Shown: positions 9,466 to 18,617 of the stretch, piece by piece
Position numbering within the stretch: the stretch's first letter is position 1
How the letters are laid out: the number at the start of each line of letters is the position of its first letter
Program-made: the position numbers and the translations under genes
Notes under the pieces: model-generated
Seen by the model: the letters and a program-made list of their open reading frames with translations, nothing else
Told to the model about the DNA's origin: nothing
Database searches by the model: none
Sequence record: NZ_CP129890.1
Reading direction: 5' to 3' (one strand)
DNA length: 46,212 bases
Source: a plasmid

Positions 9466-10095
9466 ACCACCCAAGTTATCTGTCAAAGCAAATTCGGCAC
9501 CAGCTAAAGCTTTGCCATCCTGATCAACTTTATGGACTTTGATCAGACCAGCAGCCCGTGTCCACTTAGCTTTATTACCAGCTAATAGTGGCTTGACCAC
9601 ACCTGTGACCAGTGAAATACTATCTTGATACTTTTGCGCACCATCGTTGTAAACCACTGGGACAATGGCTTTAATGCTCCCATTGATGTCAAACGTCAGA
9701 TTCCCAGTCGGGGTGCTGTCTGGAATCAACAGTGAGAATGCCTGACCGATTGTAACGGTGTTATTGGCGATCGCATTGCCATTGGCATCAACGACCTTCA
9801 TGCCAGCAACCTGGTTCTTGAAGTTCAAGGTTGCGGTACCAGCCTGATTGCTTTGAACGGTGTAAGTGAACTTGTGATAACCTTGCACGTCAGTCGCCCC
9901 TTGTACTGCTAGGATCATGGTCGTATTGGCGGTATCACTATTATTCATCACATTGTTGTAAACCTTGGTTGCGGCTGCTTTAACCCGGTTAACTGCGGTT
10001 TCACCATAAGGTGCATAAATACCGTCGCCGAAATCACCTGGCTGTGATGCTTGCCAAACAATCTGGTTCCGGCTAAAGTGCCAGCTAAAATTCAA
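9445..10095 (-). pseudogene. Internal fragment of a surface adhesin (Cna-B / isopeptide-domain-like), no signal peptide or LPXTG
   Basis: LIKVHKVDQDGKALAGAEFALTD is Cna-B-like. The last 8 residues (GGNFNYAI*) and the stop codon are encoded by the IS30 IR scar. No secretion signal at the N-terminus. Confidence 0.5.
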
Positions 10096-10128
10096 GAAAC
10101 CGTTTGGGTTGCATACCAGGCTTTCTGA

Positions 10129-10707
10129 TCAGTCAAACCGGAAATTCTTCTGCCGTTGTCGCTCAGTTCTTTGTCCTTGTTTGACTTGCACAGATGAGGC
10201 ATATTGACTTGTGAACTCAATCATAAATTGATCTGGTACAACCCGGCCATCTTGTAATTGGCCATCTTTGCCGCGACCGTGCGCAACTCGCCCTAATGGC
10301 CGATCCGGAATGACTAAATCATCAGGGACTAGCCAATAGTATTTGGTCGGTCGAATGCGCTTAGGCGTCATGAAGTAACCTGCCATCATGGTGTCTTTTC
10401 CCAGCACCTTGACGTGACGATTGCGATGCTGTGTAAAGGTTTTTAACTCAGTATCAGTCTCTGTTTTCCCCCGGTTCAAGCGTTCTTTGACGGCGACATA
10501 GCTGTGCTTTCTAGCTTCTTCCGCTCGTTGATTAGCAGTTTTTTGTGCCTCTGCCAGAATATCCTCTCGTTCATCAGGATCACTCGTTTGAATCATGAGT
10601 AAATGCAGACCGGCACGTTCTGCCTCAGTTAGCTCTTTGAGGTTTTTGAGCGCTACCTCTTCCGGAAAGGCTTCACGTTTTCGTTGATTAAACTCTTTAG
10701 AACTCAT
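10129..10707 (-). CDS. repB: RepB-like replication-associated protein (downstream partner of RepA_N initiators)
   Basis: Start at the second ATG (MSSKEFNQ) after ggagg+8 nt. Overlaps the repA stop. Position and size are typical of repB in lactobacillus theta plasmids. Confidence 0.55.
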   Translation of the reverse strand: MSSKEFNQRKREAFPEEVALKNLKELTEAERAGLHLLMIQTSDPDEREDILAEAQKTANQRAEEARKHSYVAVKERLNRGKTETDTELKTFTQHRNRHVKVLGKDTMMAGYFMTPKRIRPTKYYWLVPDDLVIPDRPLGRVAHGRGKDGQLQDGRVVPDQFMIEFTSQYASSVQVKQGQRTERQRQKNFRFD

Positions 10708-11755
10708 TAGGGCCGCCTCCATTAGCTGTCATGAGTGATTTATTCCAGTATGCCACCAAGGTCTCTTTCATAGCACCAAACAAGTAATTTTCGACGTTGT
10801 TAATTTTTTTACTGTCAGAACGAAGAACATTGAAAAACCGGCGCATAGTCTTGTTGATCATTTCTTGGCACTGCGGATCATCTAGAACAATCGTCGTTCC
10901 TTCATGTTCCTTTTCTACAGCCTTTTTGGCATTTAGGATAATACCCAGGATCCGATGCATCTGTTTTGGAGAATTGCACCAAAGCCCAAGCAGTTCTACC
11001 CCTTCTCTGTTTAAAAAGAGGCCACCATTGGCTGATTCTGTTAAATAGTCTTTCGCTCTTCGCACAAGGTCTTGATTTTGTTTTTGAATGATCTCGGGTG
11101 AATATCGGTTAGTAGAAAAGTTCAGCTTTTCTGTCTCTTTATTGTCTCTAGTATTTGATCTTAAGTTATTATCTAGATCGTCTGTAGAATTTACAGTTCT
11201 GCTTGTAGCAAAGGCATGAGCGTCCTTCGTAACGGTGTCATGCTGAACTGTAGAATTTACAGCTTTGCGCGCAGCAAGGGGTTCAACGGTGTCATGTTGA
11301 ACTGTAGAATTTACAGTTCTGCGCGCAGCAAGGGGTTCAGCCGTTTCTGGCTGCTCGCCACGCAAATAAACATCAGTAGCCTGTACATCGAGGTCAGCAA
11401 GGTAGAGCCGATTTGGCAGCTGTTTACCCGCTTTAGGCTGAAAGCCCATGCGCTTCTGCCGCAGTAGATTAAGACCCTCTAGTTCCTTTTTGGTTTTAAT
11501 CACGGTCTTTTCGGAACAGTTGAATAGTTCCTTGAGTTCAGTATTCGTATAAACAAAGTAGATGTTGCCGTCCTCGTCCACCCAGTTGTTTCTGAGAGAG
11601 TATTCTAGCCGATCCTTTAAAACCATGTAGGCTAATTTAGCCATTGGACTGAGTGCCTTATACTGATCGCCGTACATGAGAATTTTCGGGAATTGGAAGA
11701 AAAGATTGCCATAAACGCTGTCGGCTTTATAGAATTTGAATGAATCCTGTGACAT
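10697..11755 (-). CDS. repA: Theta-replication initiator, RepA_N family
   Basis: N-terminal FYKADSVYGNLFFQFPKILMYGDQYKALSPMAKLAYMVLKDRLEYSLRNNWVDEDGNIYFVYTNTELKELFNCSEKTVIKTKKELEGLNLL is a RepA_N signature. SD aaaacggagg before ATG 11755. Internal 18-aa protein repeats coincide with DNA iterons. Confidence 0.85.
   Translation of the reverse strand: MSQDSFKFYKADSVYGNLFFQFPKILMYGDQYKALSPMAKLAYMVLKDRLEYSLRNNWVDEDGNIYFVYTNTELKELFNCSEKTVIKTKKELEGLNLLRQKRMGFQPKAGKQLPNRLYLADLDVQATDVYLRGEQPETAEPLAARRTVNSTVQHDTVEPLAARKAVNSTVQHDTVTKDAHAFATSRTVNSTDDLDNNLRSNTRDNKETEKLNFSTNRYSPEIIQKQNQDLVRRAKDYLTESANGGLFLNREGVELLGLWCNSPKQMHRILGIILNAKKAVEKEHEGTTIVLDDPQCQEMINKTMRRFFNVLRSDSKKINNVENYLFGAMKETLVAYWNKSLMTANGGGPNEF
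11182..11340. repeat. Iteron-like direct repeats inside repA (probable oriV)
   Basis: 15-bp imperfect palindrome ctgtagaatttacag at 11182, 11248 and 11302, embedded in 54-bp tandem units (11231..11284 and 11285..11338). Confidence 0.6.
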
Positions 11756-11967
11756 AATATGTACCTCCGTTTTAGCTGGTTTATTTGTTCAGTCACACAA
11801 AAAGGACTGAACAGCTTCTCCAGCTACCCAGTCCCTACTCGTTGCTCTCTTGCTTCTCAGCAATTGACTTGCTAAAATGAGCGTAAAGCGAAAACTTGAT
11901 CTGATGCGGCAATTTGACTTGCAGGAAAGATTGTCTGCACCGGTAGCTGGATTAGAGCTACGATGAT

Positions 11968-11997
11968 GCTCCGTCATATGATGACGGAGCTTTTTTG
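11968..11997 (+). terminator. Plus-strand intrinsic terminator in the repA upstream region (possible 3' end of a counter-transcribed RNA)
   Basis: gctccgtcat-atg-atgacggagc followed by tttttt. Only the plus strand has the T-run, and it lies antisense to the repA leader. Confidence 0.45.
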
Positions 11998-12089
11998 TGT
12001 CTAAAAATTTAGTACTAACGTTCAGCGAACGCGTTGATTAAGTTTATTTTCAACCAGTGGCGCCGTTTCGGCAAGCTCTGACGTAAACT

Positions 12090-12260
12090 CAAACATTTAC
12101 CACTTACCATTTACCACTATGTTAATAACATTATGAATTTACCACTATATATAATGCATAATGTTAAATTCATTTACCACTATGTTAATAACATTATACA
12201 TTTAACACAATAGTGCGAATTACTGATTTTCGGCATTTATTTAATTATTGACATTGTGTT
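12090..12260. repeat. Centromere-like (parS/parC) repeat array and parA promoter
   Basis: tttaccact x4 (12097, 12110, 12138, 12172) and atgttaataacattat x2, followed by ttgaca...taggct and SD ggggg. Confidence 0.45.
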
Positions 12261-12300
12261 AATACCATTGTAGGCTTAACGAAAAAGGGGGCGGTACTTT

Positions 12301-13110
12301 ATGGCAACTGTATTGAGTATGGCAAATTTTAAGGGTGGCGTTGGTAAAACGAGTAGTACTGCATTACTGAGCTGGGCATTGGCAAAGAAGGGCTTTAAAG
12401 TTTTAGCAATTGACTTTGATCCTCAGGCCAATTTAACAGAGTTACTTTTAAAGACTGGATCGACCGAAGAAAATATCATCACAGTAAAGACTTCACTAAT
12501 GGCAGCAATCATTACTAATCAGCCATTAAAAGATATTAGAATTAATATAGCGCCAAATTTGGACTTATTACCGGATGGGGTAGACTTTGCCCAATATCCA
12601 CGATTCCTGGACGGACAATTTGAAGGCGAAGCGGAAAAGGTTGGCTTCTTTAAGCAACTGGTTGATCCACTTCGATCAGATTATGATTTCATCTTTATCG
12701 ATGTGCCACCGACGATGAGCTTGCAAAATGATTCGGCGTTTTTTGCTACGGATCAAATTGTTATTGTCCTTCAGACACAGGAAAGAGCACTAACAGGTGC
12801 AGAGAACTTTATTGCCTACCTTCAGAAGACCTTAATCGACGAGTTTAATGCGTCAGTAGATATTCTTGGTGTTTTGCCAGTTCTCTCAAAGCGCCGGGCT
12901 GCAGTTGATCAATCAATTCTGGACGCTGCGACCAAGGAATTCGGCGAAGAAAATATGTTTAAGAATACTGTAATGATCATGGAGCGTATTAAACGATATG
13001 ACATGACAGGTATCACTGACAACATTCACGATGGGTGGGATAAGAAAGTACATAAGGTCTTTTCTGCGGTAGCAGACGAGATCGTTCAGCGTCTAAAGGA
13101 GGCCGATTAA
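12301..13110 (+). CDS. parA: ParA/Soj-family partition ATPase
   Basis: Deviant Walker A KGGVGKTSST. 269 aa. Confidence 0.9.
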   Translation: MATVLSMANFKGGVGKTSSTALLSWALAKKGFKVLAIDFDPQANLTELLLKTGSTEENIITVKTSLMAAIITNQPLKDIRINIAPNLDLLPDGVDFAQYPRFLDGQFEGEAEKVGFFKQLVDPLRSDYDFIFIDVPPTMSLQNDSAFFATDQIVIVLQTQERALTGAENFIAYLQKTLIDEFNASVDILGVLPVLSKRRAAVDQSILDAATKEFGEENMFKNTVMIMERIKRYDMTGITDNIHDGWDKKVHKVFSAVADEIVQRLKEAD

Positions 13111-13111
13111 G

Positions 13112-13510
13112 ATGGCAGGACTGGTGCACCATCATGAGTCTGAAGATAAAAAGGAAGCCGATGGCACAAAGAAAAAACGGCTGCTCAAGCGGGGCCCAAC
13201 TATACAAGTTGAAAATCAGGTTTCCCGAAGTGACGTTACTGGAGAAGAGAAGGGGATAATCAAAAATGTCACCTACCCAGCTAATGTGAGAGTGGACAAT
13301 CACGTCCGCAACCAAATATCAGCGCTTCAAAACCTTGGTTTAGGAAGTTCAGCGAAGGATATTGTGCAGGATCTGTTGGCGGAGAAGGTTGAACAACTAG
13401 ATTCCCCGACCGCCAAACGCTATCAGGAAATGGTTGACATACTCGAACAAATGGATGCTTACAAGCAGACCGAGAAAGTCGATAAAGGGATAAGGGAAAA
13501 CGCAAACTAA
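13112..13510 (+). CDS. Small partition/centromere-binding protein (ParB/ParG-like), hypothetical
   Basis: 132 aa, lysine-rich N-terminus. Stop/start of parA overlaps (taagATGg). Confidence 0.45.
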   Translation: MAGLVHHHESEDKKEADGTKKKRLLKRGPTIQVENQVSRSDVTGEEKGIIKNVTYPANVRVDNHVRNQISALQNLGLGSSAKDIVQDLLAEKVEQLDSPTAKRYQEMVDILEQMDAYKQTEKVDKGIRENAN

Positions 13511-13868
13511 AATAATAATCACTAAGTACAATTGAAAATCACAAATAATGGTGACCGTGAATTAGGTCTTCAAAAATATAAGAATCAGGGTGAATTAAAT
13601 GCCGTGTGTCATGATATTCAACACTTAGGGTTGAATGCTTGGTTAAGGCATCGAGATAGTGTACAGGTCTTTATCGCGGGCAAAGCAGGCAATCTCATAG
13701 CTTTTGCTCAACTTTGCTTTGAACCGCTGCATGTAGATGAAGATGGAGTAGCAGTCTTCAAAGTGGTTATCGACGACAACCAACCAATAACGGGTGTGCG
13801 GCGCACGGGTGAAGTAATGATCGTACTGTGACAGCATGGATTTGATACCAAGTCGAAGTTCGGTTGCT

Positions 13869-14240
13869 TTATCCATGATGACCACCTACCAATCCGGCGC
13901 GATCAATTGCGGTTGCGCCTATTTCTTTTGAGTAACCTCGAACAATGGCTTTGTAGCCATATAGCTGCCGAATCTTATCTATGGTTTGATCTAACAAAAC
14001 GTTTGCTTCCTCCTTCTCTGCTGATTCAAAGAGACTAAGTTGCATTGTACTTGCTTGACTGATGCGATTAACGCGAACTGAGACATTTCTAACGGCGTGT
14101 CCGTTCTACTTACTATGGAGGAGAAAACGAGCAGCGCGAATTAAATCGTCTGTGTGGTTTGTCGGATCAACCTTCATTTGCGCCCCAAAACCAGAAGTGC
14201 CAGCTACTTCTGCATCAGCGTAACCAAAGCCGACACTAAT
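13869..14240 (-). pseudogene. Y-family DNA polymerase (DinB/UmuC-like) C-terminal remnant with an in-frame stop
   Basis: Minus-strand translation ...TDDLIRAARFLLHSK*NGHAVRNVSVRVNRISQASTMQLSLFESAEKEEANVLLDQTIDKIRQLYGYKAIVRG is the typical little-finger/C-terminal signature (QLSLF...LD..ID.IR..YG). The 5' end is cut by the IS30 end scar at 14241. Confidence 0.55.
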
Positions 14241-14345
14241 CCTAGATTGCATAATTAAAGTTACCACCCAGAAAATGTGAAAAAAGACCTGTCCTTCTTT
14301 CTAAATGGCTTGCTATGCAAACACCATTTTAGCAAAAAAGGGCAG
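14241..14345. repeat. IS30-family right-end remnant (54 bp of IRR plus a rearranged internal fragment)
   Basis: cctagattgcataattaaagttaccacccagaaaatgtgaaaaaagacctgtcc equals the revcomp of the IS30 right end. This is followed by tatgcaaacaccattttagcaa, which occurs in the opposite orientation inside the full copies (18306.., 32106..). Confidence 0.6.
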
Positions 14346-14969
14346 ATTTTTTCGTTTTTGGCTAATGGTAGCTCTCAATATGGGTATATACCAATAAGCG
14401 GTGTGCTTTAATTTTATTATTACAAAGTATCGATACAGGTGGAAAGCTCCTTATTAGAATTAAAATTAAGGGTATACCAGTTTAAGACAGCAAAAAATAA
14501 TTTTTTATTGACTATATTATATAAATGCGTTTACAATTGAATGTGTAATCGCTTTTAAAATTCATTTTAGCAACGCGTATAAAGCTATTTTTTTATTGCT
14601 AGACTTTAAACGACCGTTCGTAAATTCTAAGCATGTGAGCTTTTATACTTAAATGGTAAAGAAAATTGGAGTCTCGTATTTTTTTGTCAGTGCTTAACTA
14701 CGGGAATATCCATTTAAAAATGATTACCAGTCACTAACGACGTTGGAATTAATCGACTTCGAGCAAAGCAATGGGAGGTGAGAATTTTTGAAGCTTCGTG
14801 CAAAGACTATCGTAAACAAATACGTTGAAGGTTTCAGGCTTCTTGTTACAATGACGGCGTAAATGGAATCGGGAAGGAATTTCAAAAGTTTTTTATCAAT
14901 TACTGTAGTTCTTGAACACGATGACGTTTGTACTGCTCAACATTCACTAAATAGAAATGGGGACCAGAA

Positions 14970-16895
14970 ATGAAAAAGCTGACAAGGATTATTTTTTGCG
15001 TTATTAGTTGTGTTAGCCTAATAGCCAGTTCAATAGGACTCTATTCAACTCCAAAAATCGTAAAAGCTGATACTACATCAGTGACCGATGCCGATATTAA
15101 TGCCTATATTTCTAATATGACCTTAGATCAAAAGATTGGACAAATGTTTGTGTCTCGAACATTGCAAGATACGGATAAAGCTCGATCTGATATAGCAAAA
15201 TACAACCTTGGTGGGTTGATTGTATATGGAGCTGATTTCACTAGTGTTGAAGGAAAAACAGCTACCGAAGCACAGAATAATTTCAAGATGAAGGTGCAAA
15301 GTTTTCAAAACTCAGCAAGCCTGCCGTTATTGATTGGTGTTGATCAAGAGGGAGGAACAGTTTCACGCTTATCACAAAATCCTCTAATTGCGAATGGTAG
15401 AAGCTTTCCTTCACCACAAACGGCTTATGCTAATGGCGGAATGGCCAATGTAACAAAAGAGGCTAGTGAAGTCGGAACTATTCTAAAAAATCTGGGCATC
15501 AATTGGAACTATGCACCAGTAGCTGACAGCACGCCTGATACTTCTAGTTTTATTTATGGCAGAACTTTTGGTCAAGATTACTTGGCAACTGCAAACTATA
15601 TTACGAATGTGATCCCTGCATGGCAGAATGCTGGTGTTGCAGCAACGCTTAAACATTTTCCGGGTTACGGATCAGCGATTGATACGCATACGGATTTTGC
15701 AGTTGTTACAAAATCTAAGGCGGATTTTGAAAAAGAGGATTTGCTTCCCTTTAAATCCGGTATTACAGCAGGAGCAGATTCAGTAATGATTGCACATATC
15801 GTAATGCAAGCTGTTGACCCAGTATACCCAGCTTCATTATCACGAAAGGTCGTTACAGACTTGTTGCGTAATGAACTTGGTTATAATGGCTTAATCATTA
15901 CCGATGCATTGGAAATGGGAGCTATCAAGCAATTTGCTCAAGAACATGATCAAGTTCCTGTTGATGTTCTTGCTGTTGAAGCAGGAAATGATTGCATCAT
16001 GAATAATGATTATGAAACCGCTATTCCACAGATTCATGCAGCAGTAACTAGCGGCACTATTAAGGAATCAGAAATCAATGAACACGTTTTCCGCATTCTA
16101 GATCTCAAACGCAAGTTAGGGCTGTTAACTAAAGCGCAACTTCAGCAAAAAAAGGTTCGGATTGACAATGTTTCCTACAGCAGTGACAACAAAAAGGCAA
16201 CAGTTAGCGGCACAGTTGTTGATAGTGATTGGCAAGTTGGAGAACCGTTATCGGTTAAAGACTCAACTGGAAAGGTCATTATTACCGCAGACGTCGGGGC
16301 CGGTGGTAAGTTTACTTTCGATATTCCTACTAATTCCCAAGAACAAGTATTAACTCTGACCACTAATCTACCCAATATCGCTGATGCCAAAATAACTATT
16401 AAGGCTGTGAGTTCATCGAATACTAACAAAACTTTGCTAGAAAACTTGATTAAATCTGTTGAAAAATTAGCTAGCAATCAATATACTGTCAAGTCTTGGC
16501 AAGAGTTGCAAGCTAAACTAACTGAATCAAAATCAATTTTAAACAATGATAGTGCTACACAAGATCAAGTAGATGCTTCCGTTAATGCTTTGCAAAGTGC
16601 CCTTAAGCAATTAGTTTCTGCATCAAATAGCGAAAATAATAGTCAAAACTCTAATGATAGCAGTTCCCAAAGTTCATCTAACACTGGTGGACAAGCATCA
16701 TCCAGTACTAGTAATGCTAATGAGACTAATATTGCTAGTAAGGATTTGTCAGGTACAAAGTCGGATAAAGGATCTAAGGACAATCACGGTTTTTTGCCAA
16801 GTACGGGTGAACGCGTGATGGCAGGAATTTCTGTTCTGGGGGTAATTTTAATAGCTTGCGTGACTGTATTATATATTCGAAAAAAAAGGGCATAA
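14970..16895 (+). CDS. Cell-wall-anchored glycoside hydrolase family 3 (beta-N-acetylhexosaminidase / beta-glucosidase-like) with LPXTG sorting signal
   Basis: Signal peptide MKKLTRIIFCVISCVSLIASS. GH3 motifs KIGQMF, GGLIVYG, KHFPGYG. C-terminal LPSTGE + hydrophobic stretch + RKKRA. Confidence 0.85.
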   Translation: MKKLTRIIFCVISCVSLIASSIGLYSTPKIVKADTTSVTDADINAYISNMTLDQKIGQMFVSRTLQDTDKARSDIAKYNLGGLIVYGADFTSVEGKTATEAQNNFKMKVQSFQNSASLPLLIGVDQEGGTVSRLSQNPLIANGRSFPSPQTAYANGGMANVTKEASEVGTILKNLGINWNYAPVADSTPDTSSFIYGRTFGQDYLATANYITNVIPAWQNAGVAATLKHFPGYGSAIDTHTDFAVVTKSKADFEKEDLLPFKSGITAGADSVMIAHIVMQAVDPVYPASLSRKVVTDLLRNELGYNGLIITDALEMGAIKQFAQEHDQVPVDVLAVEAGNDCIMNNDYETAIPQIHAAVTSGTIKESEINEHVFRILDLKRKLGLLTKAQLQQKKVRIDNVSYSSDNKKATVSGTVVDSDWQVGEPLSVKDSTGKVIITADVGAGGKFTFDIPTNSQEQVLTLTTNLPNIADAKITIKAVSSSNTNKTLLENLIKSVEKLASNQYTVKSWQELQAKLTESKSILNNDSATQDQVDASVNALQSALKQLVSASNSENNSQNSNDSSSQSSSNTGGQASSSTSNANETNIASKDLSGTKSDKGSKDNHGFLPSTGERVMAGISVLGVILIACVTVLYIRKKRA

Positions 16896-16931
16896 CTTCT
16901 AATTATTGATTAGTAAAACTCATTAGAGGCC

Positions 16932-16966
16932 GCCAGAACTCACTTGGTTCTGGCAGTCTTTTTTTG
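16932..16966 (+). terminator. Intrinsic terminator of the GH3 gene
   Basis: gccagaac-tcactt-ggttctggc followed by agtcttttttt. Confidence 0.6.
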
Positions 16967-16989
16967 GCTTTACGTCAACTGGTGTTGAA

Positions 16990-17344
16990 GCATAAATTTA
17001 TCTTTGAGGCGGTTCTCCATTTGGGGAGCCGTCTTTGTCATGTTATGCCGTGATTTGGTAGATTCGTTTGAAGAAGTTCAGCTGATTTTTGAAGCCAAAA
17101 CAGGATCGTTTGAGTGACTTGATGAGGCGGTTAACCCCTTCGATCGGACCGTTGGAATAAGAGCTGGTGACAGCGGCGAGAACAGCGACTTTGTGTCGCT
17201 TAAACGTTGTCCATTGCCGTACCCTTTGGCTCGTAAGTAGCTAACAGGTTTGCCAGTTCCGCGGGATGTTTCTTCACCATCAAAGCATCATGAAGCGCTA
17301 AGTAGGTCTCATAGGGTTGCTTGAGCTTGGGCTCAGTATCAAGT
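16990..17344 (-). pseudogene. ISL3-family transposase 3' remnant (frameshifted), truncated by the IS30 copy
   Basis: Minus-strand translation ...HPAELANLLATYEPKGTAMDNV* then, after a frameshift, RHKVAVLAAVTSSYSNGPIEGVNRLIKSLKRSCFGFKNQLNFFKRIYQITA* carries the ISL3 C-terminal motif SNGPIEG.N..IK..KR..GF. Confidence 0.6.
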
Positions 17345-18386
17345 CCTAGATTGCAATAATAAAGTTACCACCTAGAAAGAGGCTTGCTCACTGCTTGAAC
17401 TGGGGTTTGCCAACGAAGACATTTTCTAGGTTTATTATTGATAAACGCTGTGGCTCGTTGAATATTGGCCTCTGAAACCTGATCAAACTGTGTTCCCTTC
17501 GGGAAATAGTAGCGAAGTTCTCGATTGAACCGTTCGTTCGTGCCCCGTTCATTCGGGTGATAGGCATGGCAAAAGTAAACCGGTATCCGATAGCGCTTTG
17601 TAAGCGCCTGATCGCAGGAAAACTCTTTACCGTGATCAACCGTCACTGATTGAACCGGACCCGGAAAGTCTACCATCAGTCTTGCAAAACCCTTGAGAAC
17701 AGCATTTCGTGATAAGTTTTCAAGCTTAGTTGTCGCCATTAAACGTGTGACCCGATCGACAATGGTCAAAACAGCAGCCTTTGACCCGCGAACTGTATCC
17801 ATCTCTAAATGTCCTTTTTCGGTTCGCCGATTAGCTGACTCACTGCAAATCTCAATTGAGGTGCCTACTGCTTGGTTATAGCGCGACCGAAGGTCTTGTC
17901 TTCTTTTATGACGTTTACCGTGATCAAAGAGTTGACTTGGCTGAAAATCGACTTGTCTTTGATAAATCCAGTGGTAAATCGTGTGTGGTGCACAGTGAAC
18001 GGCATAACCGACCATTTCAGGGGACCAACCTAGGGTTAGCCTCTCAGTTACCATCCGCTTCAACTTAGGCGTTAAAATCGAGTGCTGACCACAACGATGC
18101 CGACAAGTATCGGCATGATCCTGAGCTATAATGGCGCAGTAATCGCCTTCAGGGCAACGGTGAAGCTCATGCCTAATAGAAATACGAGAGCGGCCTAAGG
18201 TCGCGGCGATGTATTGAATCGTGTGGTGTTGCATCAGTTCTATCTGAGATCGTTCAATTAAGGTTATAATGGCCATGGGACCTGTACTTCTCTCTAGATG
18301 GTATGTTATGCAAACACCATTTTAGCAAGAACGGACAGGTCTTTTTTCACATTTTCTGGGTGGTAACTTTAATTATGCAATCTAGG
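17345..18386 (-). mobile_element. IS30-family insertion sequence, copy 1 (1042 bp)
   Basis: Imperfect 28-bp terminal IRs cctagattgcaataataaagttaccacc / ggtggtaactttaattatgcaatctagg. ~98% identical to copy 2 at 31140..32190. Flanks carry no target duplication. Confidence 0.85.
17365..18276 (-). CDS. IS30-family transposase
   Basis: 303 aa. N-terminal HTH (IAATLGRSRISIRHEL) and C-terminal DDE region. Confidence 0.85.
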   Translation of the reverse strand: MAIITLIERSQIELMQHHTIQYIAATLGRSRISIRHELHRCPEGDYCAIIAQDHADTCRHRCGQHSILTPKLKRMVTERLTLGWSPEMVGYAVHCAPHTIYHWIYQRQVDFQPSQLFDHGKRHKRRQDLRSRYNQAVGTSIEICSESANRRTEKGHLEMDTVRGSKAAVLTIVDRVTRLMATTKLENLSRNAVLKGFARLMVDFPGPVQSVTVDHGKEFSCDQALTKRYRIPVYFCHAYHPNERGTNERFNRELRYYFPKGTQFDQVSEANIQRATAFINNKPRKCLRWQTPVQAVSKPLSRW

Positions 18387-18538
18387 CATCTTTTCATCTT
18401 TATCTGCGACCCTATTTAGGAGATCAGACAGATTCTTACGAAGATTTGTCGGTGTATATATCTCCATTGGAATTCCTCCCTGTATATATGTACATCATAG
18501 CGCACGCCAATGATAATCACGTTTCGTCTTTAATTTCG

Positions 18539-18554
18539 ATAGGGTGTACCCTAT
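18539..18554. promoter_or_regulatory. Palindrome atagggtgtaccctat upstream of the resolvase (candidate res half-sites/operator)
   Basis: Perfect 7-bp arms with a 2-bp centre, about 65 bp upstream of the resolvase start. Flanked by tgtatatat direct repeats. Confidence 0.3.
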
Positions 18555-18617
18555 TGTAACTAAAGTGAGAAGGGAGTATTATTAGTTACATATAAGTGAC
18601 CCGGAGGCGACCTAGAA

